A DNA stretch of 64,000 nucleotides from Candidatus Hermodarchaeota archaeon (lineage in GTDB: Archaea > Asgardarchaeota > Thorarchaeia > Thorarchaeales > Thorarchaeaceae). Both the position numbers and the translations under genes were made by a program. The stretch is taken from positions 1 through 64,000 of the forward strand of contig JBHLLF010000001.1 of NCBI GenBank assembly GCA_048885865.1, given 5' to 3'. The first letter of the stretch is position 1, and each line of letters starts with the position of its first letter. Positions 39,367-49,398 of the stretch are shown here, in pieces. Under the pieces are notes generated by a model. The model worked only from the letters and a program-made list of their open reading frames with translations. It made no database searches and was not told the origin of the DNA.

Positions 39367-40269
39367 TCAGAGACCCCGCAGATGGCTAGGGCGCAGAGAT
39401 TTCTTGTCACCTGTGTCCAGTACTGACTCGATAATCTGTAGAATCTGATTTCTATCTTTATTCAGAGTACCTCCGATTGGCAAGTAGTTTGATGCGTGAT
39501 TGGTGCGAAATACACATTCACTAAGCTCGAGATGTTTGACTAGTGTCCTCATCTCATCAAGAATCTCAAATGGAGACATTGGCTCGAATTCCTTTCGTTC
39601 TGTCATCTCATAGAGTGGTGTCCCTGGCGGAATCATCAAAGTCAAAGCGCCTACATATTCGGGATCTATCTTGTTCAATGCTTCCGCTGTAAGTCTTGCA
39701 TGTTTCTCAGAATGCTCTAGGCCTCCCAATCCCAAAATGATTGTTAGTGACAGTGGAATTTTAGCGTTTCTTATTTTCAGGCAAGCCTCGACATTCTCTT
39801 TTGTCGTCACACCCTTTCGACTCCACCGGAGCAATTCATCGTCTCCGGTTTCCAAACCTAGATACACAATTCCTAGACCAGATGTCCTCAGCGTACGTAG
39901 ATCATCTTCTGACTTATCTCGGACATCCTTAGCATAGGCATAAGTTCCGACTCTCTCTAGTTGCGGTAACTCTGAATACAGGACTTCTAGGACCTCTTTC
40001 AAGTCATCAGTGTCCATAGCTAGGGCGTTCCCGTCCGCAAGAAAGACTCTCCTCACCCGGTTCTTGATAGTCGGATCCAATGAATTCAAGTCACTTGATA
40101 TTCCCTGGACACCTCTCACCTTGTACTTCTTCATCTTGTAAGACACGCAGAATATACATGCATTGTGGGAGCAACCTACCGTTGCCTGTAGAATCAGACT
40201 TCGCGCCTCACTAGGCGGTCTCCAGATCGAGCCTTCATAATCTAACACTGGTAGCCACAACGCAATCAA
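39367..40269 (-). CDS. Radical SAM Fe-S oxidoreductase
   Basis: RPPSEA.S..LQAT.GCSHNACIFC, FLADGNAL, YLGLETG, NHASNY. Confidence 0.9.
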   Translation of the reverse strand: MIALWLPVLDYEGSIWRPPSEARSLILQATVGCSHNACIFCVSYKMKKYKVRGVQGISSDLNSLDPTIKNRVRRVFLADGNALAMDTDDLKEVLEVLYSELPQLERVGTYAYAKDVRDKSEDDLRTLRTSGLGIVYLGLETGDDELLRWSRKGVTTKENVEACLKIRNAKIPLSLTIILGLGGLEHSEKHARLTAEALNKIDPEYVGALTLMIPPGTPLYEMTERKEFEPMSPFEILDEMRTLVKHLELSECVFRTNHASNYLPIGGTLNKDRNQILQIIESVLDTGDKKSLRPSHLRGL

Positions 40270-40562
40270 ACAGTGATAGCGCGCTTATCTAGCATTTTCG
40301 AATAAATCTTGTTCATTAGCCAGAGGCAGGTCAAAGAGCCAGATGCCCAGAGATAAGGTGCCATCTGAGATCCAACATCAATATGGAATGAAGGAGCAGC
40401 GCCACTGACACAGCAATAGAAGAAAATTGTCACCATCCAAGAGAGAGATAGAACCGATGTGAGAACATTGGTCCAGAAACCAACTTCTTCAATGGTTTTT
40501 TCTTCTCTTTCTTCAAAGGATTTCCAACGATGATGCTCCATCTCTTGCACTATTCTCCACAC
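40266..40562 (-). CDS. Small membrane protein
   Basis: Two TM segments. Confidence 0.5.
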   Translation of the reverse strand: MWRIVQEMEHHRWKSFEEREEKTIEEVGFWTNVLTSVLSLSWMVTIFFYCCVSGAAPSFHIDVGSQMAPYLWASGSLTCLWLMNKIYSKMLDKRAITV

Positions 40563-40682
40563 CTATGATGTACCATCTCTTTTCTAGCGTTTTTTCTTAA
40601 TAGGCTGTTATTTCAGCGCAAATAGATTGGAGGAATCAAGGAAGCCAAATCACAGCAGCTCAATCAATCCCCTTATCCTTAC

Positions 40683-40916
40683 TCATTTGACTTTCTTCCA
40701 AATCCAAAAGATGGTGACTAAAACAGAAAACAGGAGACTTGGAAATACCATGGCTAGAACATCAAGATCGAATGCCATTGCTGCACCAGAGATTTGGATT
40801 GCAGATATGATCGTGATGAACCAGGCAACCACCAATATACATGCCCAGACATCCATGGTCCCTTCTTCTTTGGGAGACCTTCCAGTTTCCCTGGGATGAT
40901 AGGATGGTTCAGTCAC
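40683..40916 (-). CDS. Small membrane protein
   Basis: Two TM segments; aggagg SD. Confidence 0.55.
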   Translation of the reverse strand: MTEPSYHPRETGRSPKEEGTMDVWACILVVAWFITIISAIQISGAAMAFDLDVLAMVFPSLLFSVLVTIFWIWKKVK

Positions 40917-41069
40917 AATCCATTCCTCCTTCTGCTTGTAACTTTCTTGATAAAGGGCTCTAAAAGGATGTTCCTTCTGAGCAACACTTCCACAACATGA
41001 TATTCGAAATACTCATCTTCATAGCGTGCTGTAGGATATTTCGAGCAGCATCAAGAAGAGGAAATCAAG

Positions 41070-41612
41070 TTGTCTGTGCCAGCTTATAAAGTGCTTCTAG
41101 TAGGAGATGCAAATGTGGGCAAATCCTCTTTGATTAGAAGGATGCTGCTTGGTGAGTTTGACCCTGACTATACTACAACCATAGGCGTGGACCTTAGCGC
41201 TATTGCCATCAACGTCGATCCCATCACGCCTGTGATTTTAACGGCAATTGACTTGGGTGGCCAAGAGGACTTCAGCAAGTTAAGAACCCAATACTACAAG
41301 GGAGCTCACTATGCGATAATGGTATATGATATAGGAAATCGAAACTCGTTTGATCATATCCCTGCTTGGATACACGGTCTGATGACAAATGTGGAGCTGA
41401 GGGATAAGCAGACCTTTCCATGCATGCTTGTTGGCAACAAATCTGATATGGACTCTGAGCGTGAAATCACAGTGGTGGAAGGACGACTAGTTGCCAACTC
41501 AAGGGGTTGGCCATTCTATGAGGCAAGCGCAAAGTCTGGAGATAATGTTAATGAGATATTCCTAAGAATTGCAAAATACCTTTTCGCGAAGTATCCCCCA
41601 GTCAGAAAGTAG
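41070..41612 (+). CDS. Rab-like small GTPase
   Basis: GDANVGKS, Y.TTIGVD, DLGGQE.F, YYKGA, NKSD, EASAK. Confidence 0.95.
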   Translation: MSVPAYKVLLVGDANVGKSSLIRRMLLGEFDPDYTTTIGVDLSAIAINVDPITPVILTAIDLGGQEDFSKLRTQYYKGAHYAIMVYDIGNRNSFDHIPAWIHGLMTNVELRDKQTFPCMLVGNKSDMDSEREITVVEGRLVANSRGWPFYEASAKSGDNVNEIFLRIAKYLFAKYPPVRK

Positions 41613-41699
41613 GATTTTTTAGGGAGTTTCAATGGCGGCCTACTTCGCTCGTCATAATTGGCGACTAAAACTGGAGCGATTCCAGAGAAGGAATGTCGA

Positions 41700-43157
41700 A
41701 TGGCTGATTTGCCCATACTTAAGAATTACATCAATGGAGAATGGGTTGAGTCCATCTCCTCCGACATCAGAGATGTCCGGAACCCTGCAACTGGCGAAGT
41801 CATTGCTAAGGTCCCTATGAGTACAATCGAGGAAACCGAGGCAGCGATTGAAGCAGCACACAAGGCCTTTCCCAGATGGAGGCGGACTATTCCAATCACC
41901 AGAGCTAGATACTTCTTTGAGATGAAGAATCTCATGGAAGAACGATTCGAGGAACTAGCTGAACAGGTTGTGATTGAGAATGGAAAGATAATGGATGAGG
42001 CTCGAGGTGAGATTCGGCGTGGGATTGAGAATGTGGAAGTCGCGACAGGTATTCCTTCATTGATGATGGGTTATAATGCAGAGGATGTCGCACCTGATAT
42101 TGATGAGATTGTCTTACGTCAGCCAATGGGTGTCTTCTTTTGCTTATCGCCTTTCAATTTTCCAAGCATGGTCCCGCTATGGTTTTTACCAACAGCGGTG
42201 GCAACAGGAAACACCTACATCCTGAAACCCTCTCCCATTGCTCCGATTAGTGCCATGAAGCTCTTTGAGATAATAGACGAAATCGGTTTCCCTCCAGGCG
42301 TTATCAACCTGGTTAATGGCGACATCGATTCCGCCAACACTCTTTTGGATAGTCCCCTAACGAAGGGTGTTTCTTTTGTTGGTTCAACTCCAGTTGGAAA
42401 AATAGTCTATGAGAGAGCTGCAGCCAATGGCAAACGAGCACAGGTTCAAGCAGGTGCCAAGAACTTCCTGCTTGTTATGCCGGACGCGGATCTCGAACGT
42501 ACAGCATCGGCTCTTATGACTTCATGTTATGGATGCGCCGGAGAACGCTGCCTCGCAGGGGCGGTCATTCTGGCAATGGAGGAGATTCATGAAGAATTGG
42601 TCGAAATTCTTGTCGAGAAAGCCAAGATGATTCGAGTCGGTAATGGTCTTGAAGCAGGCGTCCAAATGGGGCCTGTGATCACCGCAAAAGCGAGAGATAG
42701 AACATTCGACTTCATTGAGAGCGGTGTAAAGGAAGGTGCCAATTTGCTCCTAGATGGTAGAAATGTCAAGGTCGAAGGACACGAATCTGGTTTCTTTGTG
42801 GGTCCAACGATATTCGACGAGGTCACGCCTGACATGCGGATTGCCAAGGAGGAGATATTCGGTCCGGTGATGTCAGTAGTGAAAGTGAAGAGCTATGAGG
42901 AAGCTCTGGACATTATTCATGCTAGTCCATTTGGCAATGCATCTTCTATCTTTACCTCCAGTGGAGGATGGGCAAGGAGATTCTCATATGAGGTACCAAC
43001 CGGGAATGTTGGCGTAAACATAGGTATCGCAGCTCCAGTGGCTCATTTTCCATTCTCTGGGATGAAGGACTCATTCTTTGGAGATCTGCACGGTCAGGGA
43101 AGAGATGCAATTCGATTCTTCACCGAGGACAAAGTAGTTATCACACGTTGGTTCTAG
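41700..43157 (+). CDS. mmsA: CoA-acylating methylmalonate-semialdehyde dehydrogenase
   Basis: PFNFP, SFVGSTP, GAKN, GERCLA, EEIFGP, HGQGRDAIRFFTE.KV...RW. Confidence 0.93.
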   Translation: MADLPILKNYINGEWVESISSDIRDVRNPATGEVIAKVPMSTIEETEAAIEAAHKAFPRWRRTIPITRARYFFEMKNLMEERFEELAEQVVIENGKIMDEARGEIRRGIENVEVATGIPSLMMGYNAEDVAPDIDEIVLRQPMGVFFCLSPFNFPSMVPLWFLPTAVATGNTYILKPSPIAPISAMKLFEIIDEIGFPPGVINLVNGDIDSANTLLDSPLTKGVSFVGSTPVGKIVYERAAANGKRAQVQAGAKNFLLVMPDADLERTASALMTSCYGCAGERCLAGAVILAMEEIHEELVEILVEKAKMIRVGNGLEAGVQMGPVITAKARDRTFDFIESGVKEGANLLLDGRNVKVEGHESGFFVGPTIFDEVTPDMRIAKEEIFGPVMSVVKVKSYEEALDIIHASPFGNASSIFTSSGGWARRFSYEVPTGNVGVNIGIAAPVAHFPFSGMKDSFFGDLHGQGRDAIRFFTEDKVVITRWF

Positions 43158-43182
43158 ATGGAATAAGGAGCTAGACTGAGCC

Positions 43183-43617
43183 ATGGACCTTGGTACAACA
43201 GGGGCAATCCTTACTTTTGCCCTTGAGCTTGAGAAGGACATTGGGGCTTTCTATAGAAGGACTCTTCCTGGGGTGAGCAATGCCCATCTTAAGCAGGTTT
43301 TTGGAGAAATCCATCGGACCCAGAAAAAGCGAGAACGCCTCCTAAGTAGGCTGAGAAGAGAGAACGTCACAGAGATGATTCTTGAACCTATTCATGGGTT
43401 CGAAAGCGATGCTTTTGAAATGGCTATATCATCTGAAGTGCCTCATGATGACTCTTTCCTCAAATCAACTGCTATCAAGGTTGAAGAAACCTTACAATCA
43501 TTCTTTGCAGCAGCATCTGAGAAAACCACATTCCTTCCCGAAGTTAGTGATGAGTTCAAGAGGATATCAGAGGAGGCCGGCAAATATGCTGCTCTTCTGT
43601 TGTCAATTGAACCATAG
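43183..43617 (+). CDS. Ferritin-like/rubrerythrin-fold protein
   Basis: A.ELE....FY, RRENVTEMILEPI. Confidence 0.65.
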   Translation: MDLGTTGAILTFALELEKDIGAFYRRTLPGVSNAHLKQVFGEIHRTQKKRERLLSRLRRENVTEMILEPIHGFESDAFEMAISSEVPHDDSFLKSTAIKVEETLQSFFAAASEKTTFLPEVSDEFKRISEEAGKYAALLLSIEP

Positions 43618-43659
43618 CCTATGAACACACACTTCTTCAAGCATCAGTCCTTGCATCGA

Positions 43660-44523
43660 TTAGAAATCAAAGATACTGCTGGAAAACTCGTCTTGAATTA
43701 TGTCCCTTCGCAGCTTCAATGGTATCTCTATGCTCTTGTCTAGACGCCAGGGAATGTCGAGTGTTACTTTTAGAATGTATAGGTGCTCGATGAGTTCCGA
43801 CTTGAAAGCTTCTGGCCATTCCTCCCCAGTCTTCACTGTCACATCCACCCAACTCTCTCTCAAGATTTTGTCTTCTTCCCAATACTGTTGATCCATCTCA
43901 TTATCGTTGTTTGTATCTCTCCCCTGAGGTGAAACTTTCTCTCTTAGAATGAGTTCCGCTCTAACTCCTCGGATATTTGTGTCACTGCCTACAAGATACC
44001 TGAAACGGATGTAATCTCCGCGTCGAATAGTGTTACTGTCCAATTCAACTCGCAAGAGATGTCTGCCTTCATTTGAGATTTCTTTCTGAATCATAGTCTG
44101 CTCCAATTCCACTGATTCTTTGGGTGGCGCAGTAACTACAATTCTCCGCTCAGTCTTGGGATCAAGAGCCCATTTGACCTCTATTTTGCCTTTGATTTCA
44201 TATCTAATCCAGCTATATGTGCCCTCAAAGCTAGATACTGATTCTTTCGGTAGTTCAAATGCAAACTCAAATCGAGTTTCTCCCTCCATTACGGTGGATT
44301 GATTAAAAATCTCAAGATAATAGGCGAAATATTCGAATTTCTCAAGAAACACTCGACGATGTTTGCCGCTACCTACAACCACTCTTGACTGTTCAGTACA
44401 GCTAAAGACTAGATTCACTGACTCACAGTCGAAGTCGTCATCGCAAACAACAATCGCATGTCCTTCAACGCGCTCTCCAGGTGAATATTCCTCTTTTGGC
44501 AGATGAATGGATATCTCTCTCAA
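43660..44523 (-). CDS. Arrestin-fold (arrestin/SpoOM/Vps26-like) protein
   Basis: Y.PGE.V.G, F.F.LP..S..SFEG....I.Y.I...I...W repeated in two beta-sandwich halves. Confidence 0.8.
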   Translation of the reverse strand: MREISIHLPKEEYSPGERVEGHAIVVCDDDFDCESVNLVFSCTEQSRVVVGSGKHRRVFLEKFEYFAYYLEIFNQSTVMEGETRFEFAFELPKESVSSFEGTYSWIRYEIKGKIEVKWALDPKTERRIVVTAPPKESVELEQTMIQKEISNEGRHLLRVELDSNTIRRGDYIRFRYLVGSDTNIRGVRAELILREKVSPQGRDTNNDNEMDQQYWEEDKILRESWVDVTVKTGEEWPEAFKSELIEHLYILKVTLDIPWRLDKSIEIPLKLRRDIIQDEFSSSIFDF

Positions 44524-44646
44524 ACCTACTACCCCTTTCCCATCAGGAAGTCTTTCATTGCTTTGAGCCTATTTGGAAATAAATGCAGAAAAACACTTGC
44601 CAGAATATTGAAATTGGACACTTTGGGAGCCATCTCGAGTCGGGTA

Positions 44647-46167
44647 CTAGAACCCAAACATATGAGCATACCTGTGTTCAAGGAAATCGAGGAACGGGTT
44701 TGCATCAAGTTCGCTTCCAGTAACATGCTTGACCAAATCTGCAGGATCATATATTGCAGCTTTGCTCATGATGTTCTCTGCAAGCCAGCTAAGAATTGGA
44801 TTAAGCTCTCCTCTAGAGATATAGCTACTCCACTCTGGCAAGTCTTTATTCATCTGCTGAATCCATTGACCATCATACACATTTCCAAGTGCATAGCTTG
44901 GGAAGTAGCCGTAGGAGCCACCACCCCAGTGCGTGTCCTGGAGAACTCCTTCAGCATCATCTTTCACGTCCACACCGAGGTACTCTGAATATTTCTCGTT
45001 CCAAACCTGTGGTAGCTCGGGAACGGATATTTTGTCAGCAAACAATGCCTTCTCTATCTCGAACCGAATGATGATGTGAAGTGAGTATGTCACCTCATCG
45101 GCATCGATGCGTATCAAGGATGGCTTAACTAGGTTCATGCCTCTAACGAAGTCGATCAGGTCGATGTCTGAAAATGCATTATCTGTGAAATTGTTGAGTC
45201 TTGGAAGATAGTACTCCCAGAACTGGGGAGTTCTGCCAATGATATTCTCAATGAACCTCGACATCGACTCATGAATACCGTAACTCGCAGCAACACCTAC
45301 GGGCTGATACATATAGTCCCTGTTTAAGCCTTGTTCATAAAGCGCATGGCCTCCCTCATGAAGCATTGCGAAGACAAGTGATGGAAGATTGTCTTCGTAA
45401 TAATGAACTGTTACCCTGACATCATCATAGTAGCCAATTGTGAAGGGATGTTCAGTTTCATCTATGCGGCCTCCAGCTCTATCCGAAGTGGTATCGTACC
45501 CAATGAGATTTGCGAGGTCAGTAGCAATCTTGCGTTGGATGTCGATTGGTATCTTTCTTGATAGAAAACTCGCATCCACATCTTCCGAAGCATTTGCACA
45601 TTTCTGAACCAAAGGAACAAGGCGATCTTTGAGCTGCGAAAAAACCTTGTCAATCATACCGGCGGTCATATTCCTTTCATATTGATCCAGCATCGAATCA
45701 TAGATTGTTGAGCTACCCTTGACTTTCATTGCAATCTCTTCTTTCTCACGAGAGATATCGACAAGTTTCTGAAGCTCTGGCTCAAACATCTTCCAGTCCT
45801 TTGCAGCCTTCGCCTTCTTCCACACGTCAGTGGCTATTGCCTGCTGCTTGGTGAGTCGACCTATCAACTCAGAAGGAATCTTTGTGTTTATGTCATATTC
45901 TCTTCTTGAAAGGAACAAATTGCGCTTCTGTACCTCGTTCAAGTCTTGCTCATTCTCAGCTGCTTCCAGAAGCTTTCCTATTTCATGAGAGGTTGATTTC
46001 TCGTGTGCAATTTTACTTAGCACGGATATCTGTTCACTCCTCAATTGAATACCCGCAGGAGGCATGTAGGTCTCAAGATCCCAATAGATTGCTCCCAGGG
46101 AGGTCTCAACAAGGGCAACCTCTTTTCTCTTCTCCATCAATTCATCATATGCATTCATATCGTACAC
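44647..46167 (-). CDS. Carboxypeptidase Taq (M32)
   Basis: HPF, HEGGHALYEQ, HESMSR, IRIDADE, QD.HW, GYFPSY. Confidence 0.95.
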   Translation of the reverse strand: MYDMNAYDELMEKRKEVALVETSLGAIYWDLETYMPPAGIQLRSEQISVLSKIAHEKSTSHEIGKLLEAAENEQDLNEVQKRNLFLSRREYDINTKIPSELIGRLTKQQAIATDVWKKAKAAKDWKMFEPELQKLVDISREKEEIAMKVKGSSTIYDSMLDQYERNMTAGMIDKVFSQLKDRLVPLVQKCANASEDVDASFLSRKIPIDIQRKIATDLANLIGYDTTSDRAGGRIDETEHPFTIGYYDDVRVTVHYYEDNLPSLVFAMLHEGGHALYEQGLNRDYMYQPVGVAASYGIHESMSRFIENIIGRTPQFWEYYLPRLNNFTDNAFSDIDLIDFVRGMNLVKPSLIRIDADEVTYSLHIIIRFEIEKALFADKISVPELPQVWNEKYSEYLGVDVKDDAEGVLQDTHWGGGSYGYFPSYALGNVYDGQWIQQMNKDLPEWSSYISRGELNPILSWLAENIMSKAAIYDPADLVKHVTGSELDANPFLDFLEHRYAHMFGF

Positions 46168-46216
46168 CAGAATCTATCGGTAGTCCAAGTACTGATTCAG
46201 CTGGTCCTAGGCCTAG

Positions 46217-47143
46217 TTATTTTTCTTCCGAAATAGTGGTTGCATTATCATCCCCGACCGGGTAATTGATTATGAGAATGCCGCCAATTACAAGAGCTAA
46301 TCCAAGGGCAAAAGTCCAGTAGATGATTTCGCCAAGAATCAAAAAGGAAAGTGATGTGCCAAAGACAGGCACCAAGTTGATGAATCCACCAGTTTTAGTT
46401 GCGCCAATTTGTCTTATTGATTCGAAATAGAAGAGGAATCCAACGAAGGTGACAAAACCTCCCAAATAGACTACATTGATCCAAAACAATGGGTCTGCCA
46501 TGGCAGGGAGAATCCAGAACTGTTCTGTAGTTGCGCTGAATCCAAACAACATACAGCCCACAAAAACTCCAGCAGCAGTCACTTCCACTGGAGACATTGT
46601 CTTCATTGCTTCCTTGCCAATAGAAGAGTAAAGACCCCAGGTCATCATTGCGCAAAGAATAATGAGATTACCGATTAGATAGTCCAATCTGAACTCGATG
46701 AGAGCTTGAACCCCTACGACAAAGATGATGCCTGTGAACGCCAATGCGAAACCTGCATATTGCCATCTCTTACTTAGACGCTCGTTGTGGATCAAGTGGG
46801 CGAATAAGCTTACAGTTGCTGGGTTGAAGCCTGCAATTATTGCCCCCTGTGCCGCGGTAGTGAATTGCATACCAGTAAGAAAGAAGACGCCGTATCCATA
46901 GATGCCTGTCAACCCCACTAGAAACAGGATCTTAGCGCGTTGTCTAGTGAAAAGCCTGAATGGTGATTGCCCTTGGATGGCCAAGAGGATGATGAATAGA
47001 ACACTGGCGATAAGGAACCGAAAGAAACCAATGGTGAGTGGTGGGGCAATTGCTACCAATATCTTAGCTGAAACCCATGAACCTCCCCAGAAGAACATAG
47101 CAAGGACGAGGGCTATGTAATATTTGAGAGGCCGGTTTGCCAT
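46217..47143 (-). CDS. EamA/DMT-family transporter
   Basis: 10 TMs; FWGGS, FRF, P..V.L, NLVPV. Confidence 0.92.
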   Translation of the reverse strand: MANRPLKYYIALVLAMFFWGGSWVSAKILVAIAPPLTIGFFRFLIASVLFIILLAIQGQSPFRLFTRQRAKILFLVGLTGIYGYGVFFLTGMQFTTAAQGAIIAGFNPATVSLFAHLIHNERLSKRWQYAGFALAFTGIIFVVGVQALIEFRLDYLIGNLIILCAMMTWGLYSSIGKEAMKTMSPVEVTAAGVFVGCMLFGFSATTEQFWILPAMADPLFWINVVYLGGFVTFVGFLFYFESIRQIGATKTGGFINLVPVFGTSLSFLILGEIIYWTFALGLALVIGGILIINYPVGDDNATTISEEK

Positions 47144-47294
47144 GTTTGGAGGTCTCCTAAGAGCTAAAAGTCGACGAGGTGCCTTAGATTTAAAGCAACC
47201 TGAATGCGCTGAATTCATTGTCAAACCGAAGAATTCATATTCTAATGTATGGAACTCGACTGTGCAGAACTTTGCACAGTCGCAGGGACTCGAG

Positions 47295-47717
47295 ATGCTA
47301 AACGACGACGAGCTTGAGGCAATTCGAAGGCGAAAGATGGAGCTCTTGATGGAAAGGGCGGCACAGCCTAAAGTAGAAGAGCCTCTTTCACAAGGCCAAG
47401 TTCAACTTCTTACTGATGCAACATTCTGGAATACTGTTTCCCAGACTAAAACAGCTTTAATCGATTTTTTTGGCGAATGGTGTGCTCCGTGTAGACAACT
47501 TGTGCCGATATTCAATCTTCTTGCCCAGGACTACAAAGGAAAGGTCTACTTTGGCAAGATTGACATCGACAAAAACCCAAGAACAACTGTTCAATTTGGT
47601 GTGCAATCAGTACCTATGGTCATAGGCTTCAAGCATGGCAAACCAGTGGGCAAGCTGCCTGGATTAAGACCATACGATGACTACGATACGGTTGTCGAGA
47701 AGCTCCTTGCTGCCTAA
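47295..47717 (+). CDS. trxA: Thioredoxin
   Basis: DF..EWCAPC, SVP; N-terminal DELEAIRRRK extension. Confidence 0.9.
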   Translation: MLNDDELEAIRRRKMELLMERAAQPKVEEPLSQGQVQLLTDATFWNTVSQTKTALIDFFGEWCAPCRQLVPIFNLLAQDYKGKVYFGKIDIDKNPRTTVQFGVQSVPMVIGFKHGKPVGKLPGLRPYDDYDTVVEKLLAA

Positions 47718-47728
47718 GGAAGATCTAG

Positions 47729-48586
47729 TTATTTTGCGAATGATTTGGTATTATCCAGATTTTCAGCAACAACCGTCGTGGGCATTGCCTTGGCATTCGT
47801 CGCCTTCGACCAGTTTCCATTCCTATCTGCCATTACGAGTCCAGCTTCACTTCCAGTCTTCGTTTCAAAGAGATTCATCGCTTTATTCGCCGCTGATTGG
47901 ATATCCAAATCTTGCTCAACATAGAGCACAGCCATCCTTGTGAGAGTGACCCTCATGATGTGTTCGCCCCATCCAGTGGCAGTGGCACCGCATATCTCAT
48001 TTGCATAAGCTCCAGCACCCATCACTGGAGAATCACCAACTCTTCCGGGAATCTTCTTTGATATGCCGCCTGTGGATGAAGTCGCTGCAATGTTGCCATG
48101 GGAATCGACAGCAACACATCCAACCGTATCTGCTCCATCTGCTTCAAAGAGCGGCAAAACGACACCAGGTTCCTTCTCATCACGATAGCCTTCTGATATC
48201 ATCTGGTTGTAAACGCGATTGGCGTTCCCCCCAGCGAAGAAGGCATAGTCAGTCTTCTCCATGATGTATCTCGCCAGTGAAACTGGATTCTGGATGTCGC
48301 ATATTGCTGCAACTGATCCAAATGTAAGAGTGCTTCCATCGATTATCATGGCGTCCAGCTCTCTCACTCCGTCGAGGTTCGCTCGTGCCCCTAGTCCTGC
48401 ATTGAGCTGCCCACAGCTCTCCATGAATACCGTGCACGCCTCAGCGGCATCAAGAGCTGTTCCTCCCTTTTCAAATGCCACAAAGCCCAATTTGGCAGCT
48501 TTCTCGACATGTTCTATGCCTATAGGAATCCTCTCATCTTTCCAATCGCCAGCCCCACCGTGGACTATTATCATTGGCAGCTTCAT
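47729..48586 (-). CDS. Isoaspartyl peptidase/L-asparaginase (type 2), second paralog
   Basis: VHGGAG, D|TVG, STGG, GRVGDSP, TGWGE. Confidence 0.92.
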   Translation of the reverse strand: MKLPMIIVHGGAGDWKDERIPIGIEHVEKAAKLGFVAFEKGGTALDAAEACTVFMESCGQLNAGLGARANLDGVRELDAMIIDGSTLTFGSVAAICDIQNPVSLARYIMEKTDYAFFAGGNANRVYNQMISEGYRDEKEPGVVLPLFEADGADTVGCVAVDSHGNIAATSSTGGISKKIPGRVGDSPVMGAGAYANEICGATATGWGEHIMRVTLTRMAVLYVEQDLDIQSAANKAMNLFETKTGSEAGLVMADRNGNWSKATNAKAMPTTVVAENLDNTKSFAK

Positions 48587-48709
48587 CGTACTCAAGTAGA
48601 TGTTCCCGCTTAACCTATTACTAAGGATTTTCATGCCAAATGCACTGATGCATGATGAGTCCTATGACACCTGACCTGGCAACGAGAATTATCTTCCCAC
48701 TTTCTTTGA

Positions 48710-48937
48710 TTGCCTTTGGAGGTATTCACATTGACCAAGGATTATAAAGATTCTAAAGCCGAGTCGGAAGATCGTCTGAAGTTCTGGTCTAATTTTCTTA
48801 ATACTGAGGAGGGCCGCCTGATTGTGGGGGATCTGGGTGAAGATGAGGTGAAGCATTTTCACGCTGATGGCTTTCTGTTTGAACTAAGAAGAGGAAAAGA
48901 AGGTCGGATACTAGTAAAGCTTGCAGACACGGATTAG
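48710..48937 (+). CDS. Small hypothetical protein
   Basis: About 70 aa; ggaggt upstream of TTG at 48731; resembles 31458-31664. Confidence 0.6.
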   Translation: MPLEVFTLTKDYKDSKAESEDRLKFWSNFLNTEEGRLIVGDLGEDEVKHFHADGFLFELRRGKEGRILVKLADTD

Positions 48938-48946
48938 ACTTAACGT

Positions 48947-49366
48947 TCACTCGATGATAGCAGGGAGAGTTACTGTGAAAACAGTTCCTTGAGTGTAATC
49001 TCCCTCAACCCGATCGCTGACAACTATGGTTCCGCCAAAAGCATCTGTCAATGCATAGACCATTGAGAGTCCCAGGCCAGTCCCTTCTGCCCCTTCCATG
49101 AATCGCTGGAAAAGTGTCGCTTTCTTCTCAGGTTCAATTACTTTTCCAAAGTCGATAACTCTGGTTGCCCAAAATGAATCGGGTCCCATTCTAATTTGCT
49201 CAATCTCTACAATGATTCTCCTATGCTCTCGGGAGTAGGCGATTGCATTCCTAAACAGGTTATAGAAGAGATCACTTAGAAGTCCATTGGCAGTGACGAA
49301 GCACTTCGAAGAGCTGCCTATTGGCGAATTAAAGGCTATTCTGATTACAATCTCTTTATATCTCAC
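48947..49366 (-). pseudogene. Truncated histidine kinase (HATPase_c only)
   Basis: N-box NLFRNA, degenerate G1 DFGKVI, F-box LFQRF, G2 GTGLGL; no HisKA or sensor domain. Confidence 0.7.
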
Positions 49367-49398
49367 AGTGAGCCTTTACAGTTCTGGAGGCCATACTG

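Noticed and set aside
11904-48586. The two asparaginases as a recent duplication or element boundary
   Set aside because: They are clearly diverged at DNA level and both intact, so ordinary paralogs
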